DNA of 16,468 nucleotides, from NCBI GenBank assembly GCA_033763455.1, contig JANRKO010000058.1:1-16468 (forward strand), read 5' to 3'. Under the pieces are notes generated by a model. That model worked only from the letters and a program-made list of their open reading frames with translations, made no database searches and was not told the origin of the DNA. The translations under genes and the position numbers were made by a program. Positions 15,885 through 16,468 of this stretch are shown piece by piece (the stretch's first letter is position 1; every line of letters begins with the position of its first letter). This DNA is from Polyangiaceae bacterium (GTDB lineage: Bacteria > Myxococcota_A > Polyangia > Polyangiales > Polyangiaceae).

Positions 15885-16193
15885 ATGCATCGAATACCGA
15901 CCAAGCGACCGCCCACGCACCCCGGCGAGATGCTCCTTCATGAGTTTCTGGAGCCGCTCAACCTAACCCAAGTGGAACTCGCCCAACGAATCGGCGTGCC
16001 CTTCCAGCGCATCAATCAGATCGTGAAACGAAAGCGAGCTGTCACTCCTGATACCGCCTTGCGTTTCGCCAAGCTGCTGGGCACGACACCAGAATTTTGG
16101 TTGAATCTACAGCAGAACTGGGATCTCTACGAGGCGATGACTTCTACGGCCAAAGAGATCTCTCGGATCAGACCCTTGAGGCAGGCTGGCTAA
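15885..16193 (+). CDS. higA: HigA-family addiction module antitoxin (HTH), orphan
   Basis: PTHPGEMLLHEFLEPLNLTQVELA...RINQIV..KRAVTPDTALRFAKLLGTTPEFWLNLQ..WDL. No higB gene upstream. Confidence 0.92.
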   Translation: MHRIPTKRPPTHPGEMLLHEFLEPLNLTQVELAQRIGVPFQRINQIVKRKRAVTPDTALRFAKLLGTTPEFWLNLQQNWDLYEAMTSTAKEISRIRPLRQAG

Positions 16194-16243
16194 CGGGGCG
16201 ATGCTGCTCTTCTAGTGGACAGCTCACCGCCGATACGTAACAC
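16188..16243 (+). other. attC-like site, right end degenerate or interrupted
   Basis: GGCTAAC overlaps the higA stop, then GGGGC, GATGCTG ... CAGC..CGCC-GATAC-GT. GGCG/CGCC and GCTG/CAGC can pair. About 56 bp. Confidence 0.5.
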
Positions 16244-16468
16244 CTCGCCGTGCCCCGTCGTGACGAACGACGCGAGAGCGACGACAATCTGGGGATGGAA
16301 GACGTAGAAAAGAACAAACTAGAAAAGCAGCTAACAGAGCTGCGACGGCAAATAGCGGCAGTAAAAGCGAGCGGTGAGCGCCGATACGCTGAGGAGGTCA
16401 AAGCGGCGATCGTAGAATATGCGGCGCGAAGAGTTGCGCTTGGAAATAGCGCTGTGGTGGTGGCGACC
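16237..16468 (+). mobile_element. probable IS66-family element, left end with tnpA-like ORF (ATG 16295, runs off window)
   Basis: Begins GTAA like IS66 inverted repeats. ORF MEDVEKNKLEKQLTELRRQIAAVKASGERRYAEEVKAAIVEYAARR... has the RRY.EE.K..IV start of a transposase HTH (HTH_Tnp_1-like). Confidence 0.5.

Noticed and set aside
1..16468. CRISPR array, tRNA/rRNA genes, integron integrase
   Set aside because: No regularly spaced identical repeats, no recognisable structural RNA gene and no tyrosine-recombinase ORF seen.

Overview
GC-rich bacterial accessory region, probably from a myxobacterium (Polyangiaceae-like, inferred from a Gly-rich/Cys-rich/beta-propeller secreted protein). It starts with the 3' end of an IS3-family element and ends with a probable IS66 left end. 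Between them is a run of short, unrelated, mostly + strand genes, several separated by degenerate attC-like elements. I read this as an eroded integron cassette array with no integrase in the window. The first 5.6 kb are defence-like: a TOPRIM/DUF4276-like gene cut at its start by IS3, a translationally coupled TauD-like 2OG-Fe(II) oxygenase plus HEPN/Zn-ribbon pair, a standalone class III nucleotidyl-cyclase-like gene, an Mrr-like PD-(D/E)xK nuclease and a Swt1-like HEPN protein. The rest holds several intact or decayed toxin-antitoxin modules (Doc, two PIN/VapC, DUF6883-DUF4926, orphan HigA), secreted proteins/lipoproteins, a NUDIX hydrolase, an IS91-like remnant, and a minus-strand operon of a DyP-type peroxidase with an uncharacterised partner. 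The best candidates for an undescribed system are the oxygenase-HEPN pair and the DyP-partner operon. All family calls come from motif recognition by eye; no searches were run.
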